DNA of 64,000 nt from a virus (taxonomy: Duplodnaviria; Caudoviricetes): positions 44,869-108,868 of the IMG/VR virus record IMGVR_UViG_3300037991_002562; one strand, given 5' to 3'. Positions 19,714 to 30,551 of this stretch are shown one piece after another. Numbering within the stretch: the first letter of the stretch is position 1; the number at the start of each line of letters is the position of its first letter. A program made the translations under genes and the position numbers. Below the pieces are notes generated by a model. That model was not told the origin of the DNA, searched no databases, and saw only the letters and a list, made by a program, of their open reading frames with translations.

Positions 19714-19905
19714 ATGAACGATGAAACTCAATTAACGCTTTTAAAAGCAAAAATTTATGATGCTAACGAAGCACTTGACAATATGAATAGAATCCTTTCA
19801 GAGGTAGTAAAAGTATCGGGACTAGATACAGAGAAAGATATAACAGCAGAAGATATTATAGATAGAGTTAAATATCTAGCTTCTTTAGAAGACTATAAAG
19901 AATAA
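19714..19905 (+). CDS. Hypothetical protein
   Basis: AAGGA RBS, 63 aa. Confidence 0.6.
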   Translation: MNDETQLTLLKAKIYDANEALDNMNRILSEVVKVSGLDTEKDITAEDIIDRVKYLASLEDYKE

Positions 19906-19943
19906 AATAAAACCCCTTAGGCCGAAACCTAAGGGGTTTTTTG
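19904..19943. terminator. Bidirectional terminator between early and late modules
   Basis: A-run, CCCCTTAGG-CCGAAA-CCTAAGGGG, T-run at convergent genes. Confidence 0.9.
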
Positions 19944-19946
19944 CTA

Positions 19947-21230
19947 TTACGGGCCGTACCACCTTAAAGTTCCGGTAGCCGTGCTTTCTACAATAGTTGA
20001 GTTATCTTGCCTAAACCTTACTTCAATAGTAACACCAATGGTATAAAAACCTTCAGTGTTTTGTTTAGGTCTAGTTTTAAAACCTACGTAGTGAAACTGA
20101 GCAGGTATATCTTGCCATGTATTAATTTGAGATCCGTTTATCAAAACTACATCAACACCTTCCCCTCTACCTTCCTGATTTAGAATTTGCCAATTAAATC
20201 TTACTTGACAATTATCCCGTATAAGACCATAACCTAAAGTGTAGTCTACAGACTCTTCCCACCCTATTTCTATTTCAGCGGGGGTGGAACCAGTGTCTGT
20301 CCTAGATACAGCAGATTTATCATTAGGGTATTTATCAAAGTATAGGGATGTACCTGTGCCTGGAAAATCACTTAAACGTATTGGAGGACTTGTTGGTACT
20401 CCGTTATTTTGCGTAATATTAGGTAGGAAGTCACCACCTCTTAAATAGTCGGTTAACTTAGCAGGTTCATAATCTGTACTAGCGTACTGTCTACGTCTTC
20501 CGAAGAACCCGAATACTTCCGAGAACTTTATAGGTAGTCCTGTTATACCTGAAGGTATAAATTGAACGCTGTTACTACTACCTGTTGTAACGGACACATC
20601 ATCATAAACTGTCCCTATAGTTAGCCTATTTGTAACTGTCTGACTGAAGGCTTGAGGAGTATTACACTTTAACTCCACCAAATCCCCAGAATTCACTGTA
20701 GTACTAGAAGTACGCCAACTACCTCCGTTAACCCTAAACTTAAAGTACGTACTATTATTAATACTACAAGTTACAGGTACGTTAATACCACGAACAGTAA
20801 CCGAGCCAATGTATACCTCTATACCCGGTGCTTTGCTTGTCTGATTACCCATATTCCAAGAATCAGGAGTATTATCGTTAGGGTTTAATACTCGTATGTT
20901 TACGGTGAAATTTCTGGTCTTACCGTTAGCAGAAAAAGTACAAACAACCCCATCAGTTACATAACTAGCATTACTTTTTATTACTTTAGAGGCTGTTTGG
21001 TTAACTTCGTATAAGTAAGCAACGGTAGTATTAGTCCACACCGAAGAGTCTAAACTACCTATACCTATATTATAGTTAGAGGGGCTGCCTGATTTACTAC
21101 TCCACCTAAATACTATAGTGTCCCCTCTATTAACTTCTATAGGATCACCAGGGCCAGTTATATTTATAGTATGGCCTAGCTCTGGTTCGTAGAAGTGAGT
21201 AGTAGCTAAATTAACAGTTATAGTCGCCAT
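19947..21230 (-). CDS. Tail-fibre-associated structural protein
   Basis: S/T/N/G-rich beta protein downstream of the tail fibre. Confidence 0.6.
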   Translation of the reverse strand: MATITVNLATTHFYEPELGHTINITGPGDPIEVNRGDTIVFRWSSKSGSPSNYNIGIGSLDSSVWTNTTVAYLYEVNQTASKVIKSNASYVTDGVVCTFSANGKTRNFTVNIRVLNPNDNTPDSWNMGNQTSKAPGIEVYIGSVTVRGINVPVTCSINNSTYFKFRVNGGSWRTSSTTVNSGDLVELKCNTPQAFSQTVTNRLTIGTVYDDVSVTTGSSNSVQFIPSGITGLPIKFSEVFGFFGRRRQYASTDYEPAKLTDYLRGGDFLPNITQNNGVPTSPPIRLSDFPGTGTSLYFDKYPNDKSAVSRTDTGSTPAEIEIGWEESVDYTLGYGLIRDNCQVRFNWQILNQEGRGEGVDVVLINGSQINTWQDIPAQFHYVGFKTRPKQNTEGFYTIGVTIEVRFRQDNSTIVESTATGTLRWYGP

Positions 21231-24200
21231 TTTCTTTTAACTCCTTAACTTCTCTGGCCAGGTCGTTAACTGCGTTAACTAGAAGGGCCAGGACTGCCAT
21301 AGGGGATACGTTTAACATCCCTTCGTCATCTTGTCCTACTGCTTCTGGAAGCACTTCTTGTACGTCCTGAGCAACAATACCTGCCTTTTTCTGCTTTAGA
21401 TTAATCTGGTCATACGTATATCCAGTTAGCTTAGCTACCTTATTTAACGAGCTATCTATCTTCTCTAGGTTTTCCTTGACCCTAATATCAGAAGTAGCAA
21501 CCCAGTCATCTGCCCAGCCCTCGCCACGCACAATAAACTTAGTATCAGACTCAGTACCAGATAATTCAAACGCATCCCCAGAAGGTACCCCAAAAGCGTT
21601 GTCGGAATGCTTGTAGATTAAGAAGCCTCTTTGAGCGTATCCATTAGAAGCGTTATCAGAAAAAGTAATTTTAGCACCGGCCCCGTTGGTAGGCGTTCTA
21701 ATTACTAAACCATTATTATGATTAATTAAAATTTCACTGTTAGCAACAAGCTGAGTACTGTTAATTCTTAAAGGTTCTCTATACGTACCGGAGCTTCCTG
21801 CATCATACATTCTAAACGCAAAAGGCTCCCCATAGTCGTCATTTGTCCAGAACTCCATAGCTCCGTCATTACCGTTGGTACCGATGTATCTAATACCCCC
21901 TTGGTCATTATAACCTGCTGGATTGAAATAAATACCTTTGTTAATTCCAGTAACTTCTATACCGTTAACTATATCTAGACGGTTGCTCAGGCTCATATAA
22001 CTTCCGTAGAAGTTATTAGAGTATGTACTATTGAACCTCCAACTAGAAGTACCTAAACTACTAGAACCTCCAGACTGGTAAGGTATTATTCCATTAGACG
22101 TGGTACGAATCCAAGTTGAATCGCTACCTTCGGAAGTACCCATCCCAGCATATCCATTTTTGAAAACCTCCCTAAATCTAGGCTCTCTGCTAGTGTACAC
22201 CTCATACCAACTAGACCAGTTATCTCCAGTGTCTCTAAGCGCTCTAGTATATAGCCTGCCCCAGCCCCCACTAGTCCATCCTCCCCACAGCTCGATTGAT
22301 CCGCCTGTACCGCTCCCCCACACTATAGACTCGCCATAGTTTGAAGAGTGAGGTGGATTGTCAGTAGCTGCTCTAGTACCGTAGTGAAATAGTCCGTCTC
22401 TAAGGGTGTTTCTACTGCTCGGAACAGTAGCAGTACCTATACTTCTAACTAGACTAGCCTCGTCCGAATACTTAGTCTTGGAATCAAAAGTGTAAGTGCC
22501 TGCGTTAGAGTGAGACCTCATACCGTGTAAGTATCCATCACTATCCACAGTTAAATGTATAGACCTAGAACTGGATGTTTGAGCACTTAGTATAGCTGTG
22601 TATGTTGGGTTTAGAGTAGTACCTTGAGCAGTAACTGAGCTTACATAAATACCGGAATCTTGAGCCCCCGGGCCAGTACCATTAATATCAAAACTACCTA
22701 CAAAGTTTACTTCTGAGTATGGGTGAGTATGTGCTGCAGGGGTAAATGTTGTGGGCTTACCTGTTACCTCATTCCAGGTAGGCTTGTGCTGTTCGCTATA
22801 GACTTTGTACCAACCTGTCCAAGAATCACCACCACTACTTCCCTGACTAGTCCTAAACTGTAACTGAGCATCAGTACCATTAGAAAGTTCTATAGCCAAC
22901 TGAGAACCGAACCCATTATTGTCTCCGTGTTTGAAATTAAGAACATGCCACCAAGAACTTTCTTCAACCCCTGAGTTATCAGCGTTACCTAGACCTTGGG
23001 AGGTTGTGTAAAACCCAGGCTCTAGGGTAGAGCTGTCGTGTAGTGTGGTTCTAGATGCTCCATAGACTACAGCAGGTAGTCTAGGTTTATCCTGTATATC
23101 AGACCATCGAATATCCATAGCATCTCTAACGTCATTAGGGGTATATACGTACGATTGTTGGCTATTTCCTGAAGAGCCCCATATATGTGTAGGTGCGCTA
23201 GACCCCCATGACCAGTTAAATGATATATTCTTAACCAGACCTAACCCAACATCTGAGGCCGTTGGTTTATTACCCTCATGATAGACCCCATTATTACCAA
23301 TAGTTAATCCAGCAAAATTAGGGCTAGAGTTAGTATTTAAGTTCTGGTTAGCGAAGTTTACCATAGAATAGGTTATAGTTGGCAACCTTGCGGAATTTAA
23401 AGTACCTGAGGTTATGTTAGCAGCACTGTGGTTATGGCTCGCGGCAGCAGCTCCTAATTCTCCTAAGGTAGGCTTAAGACCTTCATGGTATACGTTGTTG
23501 CCTCTATAGGTAAATGTAGATTCGGACAGAAACATTACTTGGTTAAGTGCTACTGACTGACCGGCAGTAACCCCACTCTTTACTTCAAAGCTAAAACTAG
23601 CGTTAGTGTTGGAGTCTTTATTAAACTCTATACGTCCAGAGTTACCACTTATATCTGGTACTCCGGATACATGGTTAAAGGTAAGGTTAGCATTTCCTTG
23701 ACCGTCATTTGTAGTAAGAGCAGGTCCTCCGTTACCTAATCCACCTACCACTTGCCCGCTGACGTATAAATTACTAAATGTAGGACTAGAGTTAGTATTA
23801 ACACCTTGGTTAGCAAAGTTAACATGCGAGGTTGAAAGTTGACCATTTGCAGAAACTAACTTACTCCAGGTAGGTACTTTAGGAGTAAAGATCACAGAAG
23901 TACCACTTACTGCAATAGTTAGTAGGTCAATGTCCTGTGAGAATAAAGACCTAAACTGCAAATCACCGCTTGAGTTGGCGTGGAACACGCCTGCTCCTGT
24001 GCCAACGTTAGAGGCGGAGTTTACTAGGCCACCTCCTCCACCGCTTCCTCCGCCTCCATCATACCCAGAGAACATAGCATCAATTTCTGCCTTTGTATAT
24101 AGAGAGGCAGCAGGGTACGTTTGGGACTTTGTATAAGCGTCAGCTTTTAATATATACCTACCATCATGGTTATGGGTATTAGCAGAATACCTACCATCTA

Positions 24201-24309
24201 GGATTCCGAAGAATCCTGAGATGTTAGAGTTAATCCAGCTACCGTTAGAGTATATAAGTATATCTTGGTTCTGCGCACTAGTTATTGTAAAGTTATTAAG
24301 AGTAGCCAT
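21211..24309 (-). CDS. Long (L-shaped) tail fibre with C-terminal intramolecular chaperone (peptidase S74)
   Basis: HNH/HTH fibre repeats, VYHEGxKPT, W..W..VY gp53-like repeats, SDIRVKENL...GIVAQDV. Confidence 0.88.
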   Translation of the reverse strand: MATLNNFTITSAQNQDILIYSNGSWINSNISGFFGILDGRYSANTHNHDGRYILKADAYTKSQTYPAASLYTKAEIDAMFSGYDGGGGSGGGGGLVNSASNVGTGAGVFHANSSGDLQFRSLFSQDIDLLTIAVSGTSVIFTPKVPTWSKLVSANGQLSTSHVNFANQGVNTNSSPTFSNLYVSGQVVGGLGNGGPALTTNDGQGNANLTFNHVSGVPDISGNSGRIEFNKDSNTNASFSFEVKSGVTAGQSVALNQVMFLSESTFTYRGNNVYHEGLKPTLGELGAAAASHNHSAANITSGTLNSARLPTITYSMVNFANQNLNTNSSPNFAGLTIGNNGVYHEGNKPTASDVGLGLVKNISFNWSWGSSAPTHIWGSSGNSQQSYVYTPNDVRDAMDIRWSDIQDKPRLPAVVYGASRTTLHDSSTLEPGFYTTSQGLGNADNSGVEESSWWHVLNFKHGDNNGFGSQLAIELSNGTDAQLQFRTSQGSSGGDSWTGWYKVYSEQHKPTWNEVTGKPTTFTPAAHTHPYSEVNFVGSFDINGTGPGAQDSGIYVSSVTAQGTTLNPTYTAILSAQTSSSRSIHLTVDSDGYLHGMRSHSNAGTYTFDSKTKYSDEASLVRSIGTATVPSSRNTLRDGLFHYGTRAATDNPPHSSNYGESIVWGSGTGGSIELWGGWTSGGWGRLYTRALRDTGDNWSSWYEVYTSREPRFREVFKNGYAGMGTSEGSDSTWIRTTSNGIIPYQSGGSSSLGTSSWRFNSTYSNNFYGSYMSLSNRLDIVNGIEVTGINKGIYFNPAGYNDQGGIRYIGTNGNDGAMEFWTNDDYGEPFAFRMYDAGSSGTYREPLRINSTQLVANSEILINHNNGLVIRTPTNGAGAKITFSDNASNGYAQRGFLIYKHSDNAFGVPSGDAFELSGTESDTKFIVRGEGWADDWVATSDIRVKENLEKIDSSLNKVAKLTGYTYDQINLKQKKAGIVAQDVQEVLPEAVGQDDEGMLNVSPMAVLALLVNAVNDLAREVKELKENGDYNC

Positions 24310-27300
24310 TAATTACCTCCTCTGATATGGATGGCCCCGTTCTGGAAATCAATCATCATTTTATAGTTACCAGAATTACCTCCATGGTTGTATATTCTGT
24401 CAACTTGAATTTCTTCAAAGAAGCCTTCGTCAGCGGCTATTGCTCTAGCCCTAACAGTCCCATCAGCAATAATGTTACCATTAATCTTTACGGCGGCTTC
24501 CCAAGTAGCCCCGTTCCACATATAAGTGTCTGTTTGACTTGGATTGCTTGAGTTATATAATGTTAGTGTGTCGTAAGCAAACACAGGCCCTACTAGCCCC
24601 TGTAATTTAGAGTAAGCATGGGAGCTTGTGCCTCCTGACCACACTGAAGAGTTTAGTGGGTTTTGCGTAGTACTAGCTTCAAACCAACCTGGAGCTCTCT
24701 GTCCAGTATCGCCATCAGCACCTGTAGCACCGGGCGCTCCGTCCTCTCCTTGTTCACCTTTAAACTTAGACCAAGTATAGTCCGCTTTATTAGTGCTCTC
24801 AGTAGGTGTAGTCTTATTTACTGCTATACCTATATATTGAGTATTAGCTTGAGGGGTATCAGTTAAGTTAGAACCGTCTGAGCTAGGGCTATACTTAATC
24901 CAAGTGTAGAGAGTTTGGCCGTCAGCTCCAGGCTCTCCAGGAACCCCTTGACCACCTTGCATTTTAGACCAAGTGTAATCAGAAGGTGTATTACTCTCTG
25001 TAGCCGTAGTCTTGTTATATGCAAAACCTATGTAGGTCTTTCCAGTAGGGTTATTACTAATACCCCCACCAGAAGCATTATCAGCGTAGCGTATCCATGT
25101 GTATCTAGACTGACCATCCGCTCCAGGGTCACCTGGAACACCCTGAGGTCCGGGCTCTCCTTGTTCACCTTTAGGGCCTTGTTTAGATACGAACAACGAA
25201 AATACTCTATCGTACGTTATAGTGCCTTCACCAGTATTGTAGGTAGCTCTAATAGTAATAGCAAACGTGTCTTTTGTAGGTGCTCCGTTTGTAAGAGGGA
25301 CTCCTGTAACTGTGTACGTACTTCCTGATAGTGTAACAGTACATCCATCAGCTGAAACAATAGAGTAGCTAGTGCTAGGACTATTAGAAAGATCGGAAGT
25401 ACCCTGGTATAGTTTGAACTGACCACTAGCATCTGCTAAGTAAGGGTTTTTGCCTTCAGCATCTACTGGTACTGCTTGGTTATCGTTAGTAAGGTAGGCA
25501 TAAAATGGCTCTTCTAATCCAGCTATTTCATCGAAAGATTTAACTTTTCCAATGTTAGTAAAATCTTTAATGTTGGAAGTTGCCCAAGTCTCAGCATTAG
25601 GTTTGTAGTAAACCCTAACAACCATATTGTTGTAGCTAGACAACGCTCCGTTGGCTGTGCTTATTGTAAGTTTTTTAGCACTGTTAGGCGCTCCTGTGTA
25701 CTGAGCACTAAGAACTTGAGAAGTGATATCATTATCATTACCGTCTAGTACTTGCCATACTAAGTTACTAATAAAATCGGCATTACCATTAGTACTAGCG
25801 TTTAGATTGATTACTGTAGGGTTTTCTCTGAGGCTATTGTCTTCACCCTTAAATAATACAATATTGTTCGTAGCGGTTAAGCTAAGTGTAGTATATCCAA
25901 TAGACCCAGGAGGTAACGTACTAGCATCGTCAGGTAGATCTATAGTAACACCACCAGATATTGTAAGGTCATTACCATCCCATCTAAGATATTTACTATC
26001 ATCACCTAAATCAAACTGAAAAGTATTCTGAGAAGAATACCCTGCCCACATACCAGCCCCGCCTGTAGCGTATCCAGTTTTTGTACTAGTTCTAATACTA
26101 GGTGCTACTCCGTTTAGCCAGTCTAAAACTACTGAGGCTGCAGTAATATCATTTATTACTGCTTCACCGTCTATTTGCAGTCTCTCTTGAACTGCATCAT
26201 AGATGAAGCTATCTCCGATAGTGACATTACCTGTGTCTGCATCGACGTGAAATGTCCTATACTGGCCTGCTTGCCCCCAATCTTTGTATGCGCTAATACC
26301 TTGGTCAGTAACTTGAATATTAGTAGATACAGGAGGAGTGCTGTTACTTGGAACAATTTCAAAGTTAAGTGAGCCAGTCGCGCCCGCAAGCAATACTACT
26401 TTAGAGTATAACCAATCCGAGTAACGTGTCTCTTCAGCACCCCAACCAACAGCACGTATTCTAAATGCATACCTATTACCTAAAGGTATAGCAGGCATTA
26501 TAAGGTCTGTAGTACTCGCAGCTTGGCTGTACTGTATAGCATTAGCCCAGTCTAGGGTAGATAGGTTAGTGGTATTGTTGATACTGTCGTTGCGCACTCT
26601 CTGAATTTCAAAATGCCTTATTCTACCAATATCCGTACCAGCCCAATCCCAAGACATTATTAGTTCATAGGTAGGAGTACCATCCCAGCTAGTAAAAGCT
26701 TCGAAAGATATAGAGTTTAAGTTATCAGGAGCAGAGGCAGAAGATGCGTATTCAATTTCTTGCAGGGGAAGTTGTAGTCCTCTATCACTTATGTCGGAAT
26801 CGAAATATTCGATTGACGTTGAACCATCTCCGAACGTCGATTTAACTCTAAAGACGTAAGTCTCTCCTAGTTGAAGACCTGAACTTACGCTTAGATTATA
26901 AGAGAGATTACCGGAATAAATGGGATTCCAAGTCAATCCGGCTAGACTTCCAGAATAATTTGTCGCAACTTCTATCTGGATACTAGAAACCCTAGTGTTC
27001 TCAATATTGTCCGCTCCTAGTTCTAACACTAAGTACGGAGGAGCTGAGTTGCTTAAAGTGTCAGGGGTATTAACTAGTACATTAGTTAAGTAAGCTCCTC
27101 TAATAGAACTAACTCTAACAGGGTCGCTAATATTAATAGCAGTACCCAGTCGCGAAGTGACAAGAGCATTGGAGCAAGTACCAAAGCTTTCACCTTTGTA
27201 GTTAATCTTTTTAATAGACGAACCAGCTAGAGTAGCTCCATCTGCCATAGCGTCCATAACAGCCACTTCTATAACGTACTCTTGCGAACTATCTATAGAA

Positions 27301-27524
27301 GGTATTGGCAGGTCAAAGAAGTTAACTTCAGCCTTATCAATTCGGTACAGTTCAAATTGAGTAGCATTAGTTATATAGTCTGAAGTACCAACAGGTACTA
27401 CGTATAGATAACATGCTATAGCACTAGCATCGTAATCTACTAGGCTAGAGTGGTTAACTCTAGCCTTATTACCTAGTAAAGTAACTGACACTATACTAGG
27501 GGTTTGTGGTATAATATTCTTCAT
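24309..27524 (-). CDS. Central/straight fibre protein (pb4 position) with FnIII-like and collagen-like segments
   Basis: YxFRVxA FnIII strands, GxY repeats, YTWIxY repeats. Confidence 0.7.
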   Translation of the reverse strand: MKNIIPQTPSIVSVTLLGNKARVNHSSLVDYDASAIACYLYVVPVGTSDYITNATQFELYRIDKAEVNFFDLPIPSIDSSQEYVIEVAVMDAMADGATLAGSSIKKINYKGESFGTCSNALVTSRLGTAINISDPVRVSSIRGAYLTNVLVNTPDTLSNSAPPYLVLELGADNIENTRVSSIQIEVATNYSGSLAGLTWNPIYSGNLSYNLSVSSGLQLGETYVFRVKSTFGDGSTSIEYFDSDISDRGLQLPLQEIEYASSASAPDNLNSISFEAFTSWDGTPTYELIMSWDWAGTDIGRIRHFEIQRVRNDSINNTTNLSTLDWANAIQYSQAASTTDLIMPAIPLGNRYAFRIRAVGWGAEETRYSDWLYSKVVLLAGATGSLNFEIVPSNSTPPVSTNIQVTDQGISAYKDWGQAGQYRTFHVDADTGNVTIGDSFIYDAVQERLQIDGEAVINDITAASVVLDWLNGVAPSIRTSTKTGYATGGAGMWAGYSSQNTFQFDLGDDSKYLRWDGNDLTISGGVTIDLPDDASTLPPGSIGYTTLSLTATNNIVLFKGEDNSLRENPTVINLNASTNGNADFISNLVWQVLDGNDNDITSQVLSAQYTGAPNSAKKLTISTANGALSSYNNMVVRVYYKPNAETWATSNIKDFTNIGKVKSFDEIAGLEEPFYAYLTNDNQAVPVDAEGKNPYLADASGQFKLYQGTSDLSNSPSTSYSIVSADGCTVTLSGSTYTVTGVPLTNGAPTKDTFAITIRATYNTGEGTITYDRVFSLFVSKQGPKGEQGEPGPQGVPGDPGADGQSRYTWIRYADNASGGGISNNPTGKTYIGFAYNKTTATESNTPSDYTWSKMQGGQGVPGEPGADGQTLYTWIKYSPSSDGSNLTDTPQANTQYIGIAVNKTTPTESTNKADYTWSKFKGEQGEDGAPGATGADGDTGQRAPGWFEASTTQNPLNSSVWSGGTSSHAYSKLQGLVGPVFAYDTLTLYNSSNPSQTDTYMWNGATWEAAVKINGNIIADGTVRARAIAADEGFFEEIQVDRIYNHGGNSGNYKMMIDFQNGAIHIRGGN

Positions 27525-30500
27525 TTATATCTCTAAGTATGCCCACGGGCCGAAGCCTAACTGACTGTACCCTGGAACCTGCTTCCCCGGTGTAAGGGCT
27601 GGGTCAGACCTAGCTCTTACTTTTATTCCTAGGTTTCTAATCAGTCCAGCACTACCATGGTAAGCTTGATAATCATCCATATTGTTTTCTACGGTGTAGC
27701 TAAATCCAGTAGTTTCATCAAGAGTAGATGGAACAATCCATTGACTGTATTGCTCACCTTCTTGGTCGAACTTAAAGAATATAACTTCGTAAGCGTTAGT
27801 AATACTGTCTTGCGTATCCCACACTATATCAATACTAGGGCCGAAGAACTGATTAGTAGTTCCGGGCACTCTGTTAGTTACGTTTAGTCCTGTTATAGGT
27901 GGAAGCTTGTCTGGGAATAATGGGTCAGTAGAATTTAAGCTCTTGGATACCCAAGTACTAAACCCACCAGATGCTAACACAGCCCTAACTCGGAAAGTAA
28001 ATGTCCATTCATCTGTCCTACTACTAATGTCGTTTACGAAATCGTAAATCTTACCATTCTCGTCTAACCTATCAGGCTGAACTTGGATTGTACCGCTAGT
28101 CTCATCAGGGTCTCCATCAGTAGGCCCTATAAACCATTGGTACTCGTATCTCAGTATAGGTTGAGAAGCGGAAGGCTTCCACCTTAACAAGAATGTAGAG
28201 TAGTCTGGCTCTCCAGTAACTTCCCAAGAGGTTAATATCTCAAGTTGGGTAGGTGCTCGTACACCTATAATTGGAGGTATTTGAACATCAGTCCTATCAG
28301 TCTGGTCAATGTTACTATAGATTTCTGCATCAAAGTCTGTAAGAGTTAGATTAACTAGCCCGTCTTTTCTAAGTGTTATAGCAGATACTCTAAGCTTTTC
28401 AGGCCCTGTAGGAAAGAATCTAGGATAGTTAAATAGGACGTTATCGTTGATCTTTAAGTAAGAGTATTTGTAGTATGTAACTATAGAGAAAGTTCTGTTA
28501 TATCTACTTCTCTTCAACTCTAAAGCTGCTAAGTTACGTCCGGTGTAGTAGTTGGTAATATATGAGAACTCAAGTCTACCTTTCTTCTCAATACCATTAT
28601 CTGCCTCCTTATATCTAGAGTCAAAGAATACTACGTTGTTAGCGTCATAGCCCTTAGCAGGATCGGATATTCTAGCATCAATAGTATTGTAACTGTCTTT
28701 AGAAGACGTATTCTTGGAGCTAATAGCATCTTTTGTCTCAGTCCAATCTATAACCGTAGGATTACCATCACCGTCAGTAACCACATCATTGTTGTTCTCA
28801 ACACTAAGAGTATATTTACCTCCTATGTAGTTAAGAGTACCGTTAATCTGAGCTAGCATGCTACTAACATTTTTAAACACAGTTTGGTCAGTACTAATAT
28901 GAGTATTACACTGATACTTAGCTCTTGTAGGTACTATATTACCGTGAACGTCTTCATAAGTGTTAGACAGTGTCTCCCATCCTAAGTACCTCCAGTACGG
29001 AACCCATCCAATGTCGTAGGAGTCATCCTCTTCATTTAATAGCTGAGCAGTTTCCCAGAATGACCTTATATTAACATCATCTAGGTCTATTTGTCCACCA
29101 CTATCACTAACTAAGTAATCTAGAAGCTGCCATGCCATGTTTAGAGTATGGTCTGGTATTCCACCATTTACTGATAAGTCTGAAGAGTCCCAAATATCAG
29201 GCTTAGAGCCTTGAACTACCACTTCTATCTCTGGTAGCTCTGTTTTGTCTTCAGTAAGTTTAGTATGTACAACTACATAAGCAGTATCTAGAAGCCTGTG
29301 GTTAGTACCCCAGTATTCTTCTCCAGGTGTAGTACCTTGCAATAAAAATCCTTGATTAGCTGCTATGGCTACTAAGTCAGGGTCTGCTGTTTGGTTGTCC
29401 TTACCGTGGTATACTGTAATGTCAATAGTAGAAGTTTCGTCCTCTATCTCGTATTTAGTGCCGTGTATAGAGGGTATACCTATTTGCCCAGTACCCCCCT
29501 TTGCAGAAGTTTCTATTGTGTGACCAGCTCTCTGAGAACCTACACATATAGTAACTTCTGACTCAGCTTGTTCATCAGGCTGTCCACAGATAACAGTTTT
29601 GTTATCTATGTATAAGTTTAAGAATCCGTCAATTTCACCTTCACATACAGTATAAACTGCGTATACTTCGGAAGGGTCACTAGCATCTACACCTGCGAAA
29701 ACAGGATGTAGGGGAAGTCGTCTAACTCCGTACACCTTAGGTAGATAAGCAGCAGATAAGTTAAATCTTAGGTCTATTTCCCTAGTAACCTCTACTTCAT
29801 ACTCTACTAGACGTTTCATACCTGCTAGGCCAGCTAAACCGCCACGCTTTTTCATCTTGTAGCGGGTTTCTTTAGCTTTATATTGAGCTTCTAAGTTAAT
29901 AGCTGTATTAGCATGCATGAAGCCTAAATCTGATGTGTGTGCTGGTTTTCTAGCAACTGTAGGATCGGGTAAGTCTTCGAATACTCCAGGTGAAGTTTCA
30001 ACACTTACTAAACCTCGATGGGCGGTATCATCGGCCAACCTTCCTGTAACATTTTGGAAGTAGGCAAAATGGTTGGCGGCCTCCCATGTAACTTCTGAAG
30101 ACCCGCGTTGTACTGCCTCTTTAACAGATATGTCTGTTATAATACCTTTAAAGTATTTAAGAGGGCCACCGTCTACATCCATGTCTATAATGTTACCATC
30201 ATCGTCTAGGAATGCTCTGTAGATAGTGATTTTCTTGTGTACATAACTAACGTCGTTAGGTTGTTTTAATGCTCTGTCTAGTTCTTCTTGCCACTCACCC
30301 GCGACAGTTATAGAAATAGAGTTTACCTTGATTCCTTGGTCTTCCTTAATATCACTAATTCGAGATATTCTATTAGTAAGGTAGGTAACACCATTGTACT
30401 CTATCGGTGCCCCATAGTCGGTATAGTAACCACTAACAGATTCACCTTCGATTGTAGGTAACTCAAGCTCTACAAGGTGAGCAATCGTAACATTTGGTTT

Positions 30501-30551
30501 AGTAGCTAAATACTGCAATGCAGCGTTACTATATCCTCTATGAGTAGTCAT
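27525..30551 (-). CDS. Baseplate hub/Tal protein (pb3-like)
   Basis: LPKVYG, CEGEIDG, LLDYL motifs; follows Dit. Confidence 0.85.
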   Translation of the reverse strand: MTTHRGYSNAALQYLATKPNVTIAHLVELELPTIEGESVSGYYTDYGAPIEYNGVTYLTNRISRISDIKEDQGIKVNSISITVAGEWQEELDRALKQPNDVSYVHKKITIYRAFLDDDGNIIDMDVDGGPLKYFKGIITDISVKEAVQRGSSEVTWEAANHFAYFQNVTGRLADDTAHRGLVSVETSPGVFEDLPDPTVARKPAHTSDLGFMHANTAINLEAQYKAKETRYKMKKRGGLAGLAGMKRLVEYEVEVTREIDLRFNLSAAYLPKVYGVRRLPLHPVFAGVDASDPSEVYAVYTVCEGEIDGFLNLYIDNKTVICGQPDEQAESEVTICVGSQRAGHTIETSAKGGTGQIGIPSIHGTKYEIEDETSTIDITVYHGKDNQTADPDLVAIAANQGFLLQGTTPGEEYWGTNHRLLDTAYVVVHTKLTEDKTELPEIEVVVQGSKPDIWDSSDLSVNGGIPDHTLNMAWQLLDYLVSDSGGQIDLDDVNIRSFWETAQLLNEEDDSYDIGWVPYWRYLGWETLSNTYEDVHGNIVPTRAKYQCNTHISTDQTVFKNVSSMLAQINGTLNYIGGKYTLSVENNNDVVTDGDGNPTVIDWTETKDAISSKNTSSKDSYNTIDARISDPAKGYDANNVVFFDSRYKEADNGIEKKGRLEFSYITNYYTGRNLAALELKRSRYNRTFSIVTYYKYSYLKINDNVLFNYPRFFPTGPEKLRVSAITLRKDGLVNLTLTDFDAEIYSNIDQTDRTDVQIPPIIGVRAPTQLEILTSWEVTGEPDYSTFLLRWKPSASQPILRYEYQWFIGPTDGDPDETSGTIQVQPDRLDENGKIYDFVNDISSRTDEWTFTFRVRAVLASGGFSTWVSKSLNSTDPLFPDKLPPITGLNVTNRVPGTTNQFFGPSIDIVWDTQDSITNAYEVIFFKFDQEGEQYSQWIVPSTLDETTGFSYTVENNMDDYQAYHGSAGLIRNLGIKVRARSDPALTPGKQVPGYSQLGFGPWAYLEI

